Origin: a virus
Taxonomy: Duplodnaviria > Heunggongvirae > Uroviricota > Caudoviricetes
IMG/VR virus record: IMGVR_UViG_2571042372_000005
DNA length: 16,037 nucleotides
Strand: one strand, 5' to 3'
The translations under genes and the position numbers were made by a program. The notes below the pieces were generated by a model. It worked only from the letters and a program-made list of their open reading frames with translations. It ran no database searches and was not told where the DNA came from. Positions 15,780-16,037 of this stretch are shown here, piece by piece (the stretch's first letter is position 1; the number at the start of each line of letters is the position of its first letter).

Positions 15780-15792
15780 TGGCGGTTTTTTA
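15768..15792 (+). terminator. Intrinsic terminator
   Basis: AAGCCGCC-tgat-GGCGGTT followed by TTTTTTAT. Confidence 0.65.
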
Positions 15793-15836
15793 TTGCCTGA
15801 TTTGCAGGTTCGATTCCCTATTCGGAGATAGCACTC

Positions 15837-16037
15837 ATGCAACACGAACTACAACCTGATTCACTGGTTGATTTGAAATTCATCATGGCCGATACTGGCT
15901 TCGGTAAAACCTTCATCTATGACCGGATTAAGTCCGGCGACCTGCCAAAAGCCAAAGTTATCCACGGGCGAGCAAGATGGTTATATCGTGACCATTGTGA
16001 ATTCAAAAATAAGCTCTTAAGCCGCGCCAATGGGTAA
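15837..16037 (+). CDS. xis: AlpA/Xis-like winged-helix DNA-binding protein (putative excisionase)
   Basis: ...DLKFIMADTGFGKTFIYDRIKSGDLPKAKVIHGRARWLYRDHCEF resembles AlpA/excisionase HTH; last gene of the pL operon, where xis precedes int in lambdoid phages. Confidence 0.55.
   Translation: MQHELQPDSLVDLKFIMADTGFGKTFIYDRIKSGDLPKAKVIHGRARWLYRDHCEFKNKLLSRANG

Overview
This window reads as a mosaic, probably defective lambdoid prophage of an E. coli/Shigella-type host, interrupted by two inverted IS629-like (IS3 family) copies. All identifications are from reading the translations and DNA by eye; no database search was run. Right to left on the - strand: cro, a lambda-type cII, a 90-aa unknown, a P22 gene-18/lambda-O-like initiator with in-gene ori iterons, and a DnaB-like helicase whose 3' end is cut by IS629 copy B (5240..6549). 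On the + strand: cI, terminator, pL/oL, nutL, N, a 156-aa AT-rich insert, terminator, cIII-like, erf, SSB-like, several small unknown genes, and an AlpA/Xis-like gene at the window edge. Between the two IS copies (427..5239) lies a P22-immI-type segment: 3'-truncated ant, arc-like, divergent mnt-like translationally coupled to a ClpP-fold serine peptidase, a YafO-family toxin with a non-canonical 188-aa upstream partner, a small membrane protein, and a 5'-truncated virion-type gene. The best candidates for an undescribed system are the YafO-like two-gene operon (2526..3550) and the Mnt/ClpP-like pair (1693..2477), followed by the 156-aa insert after N.
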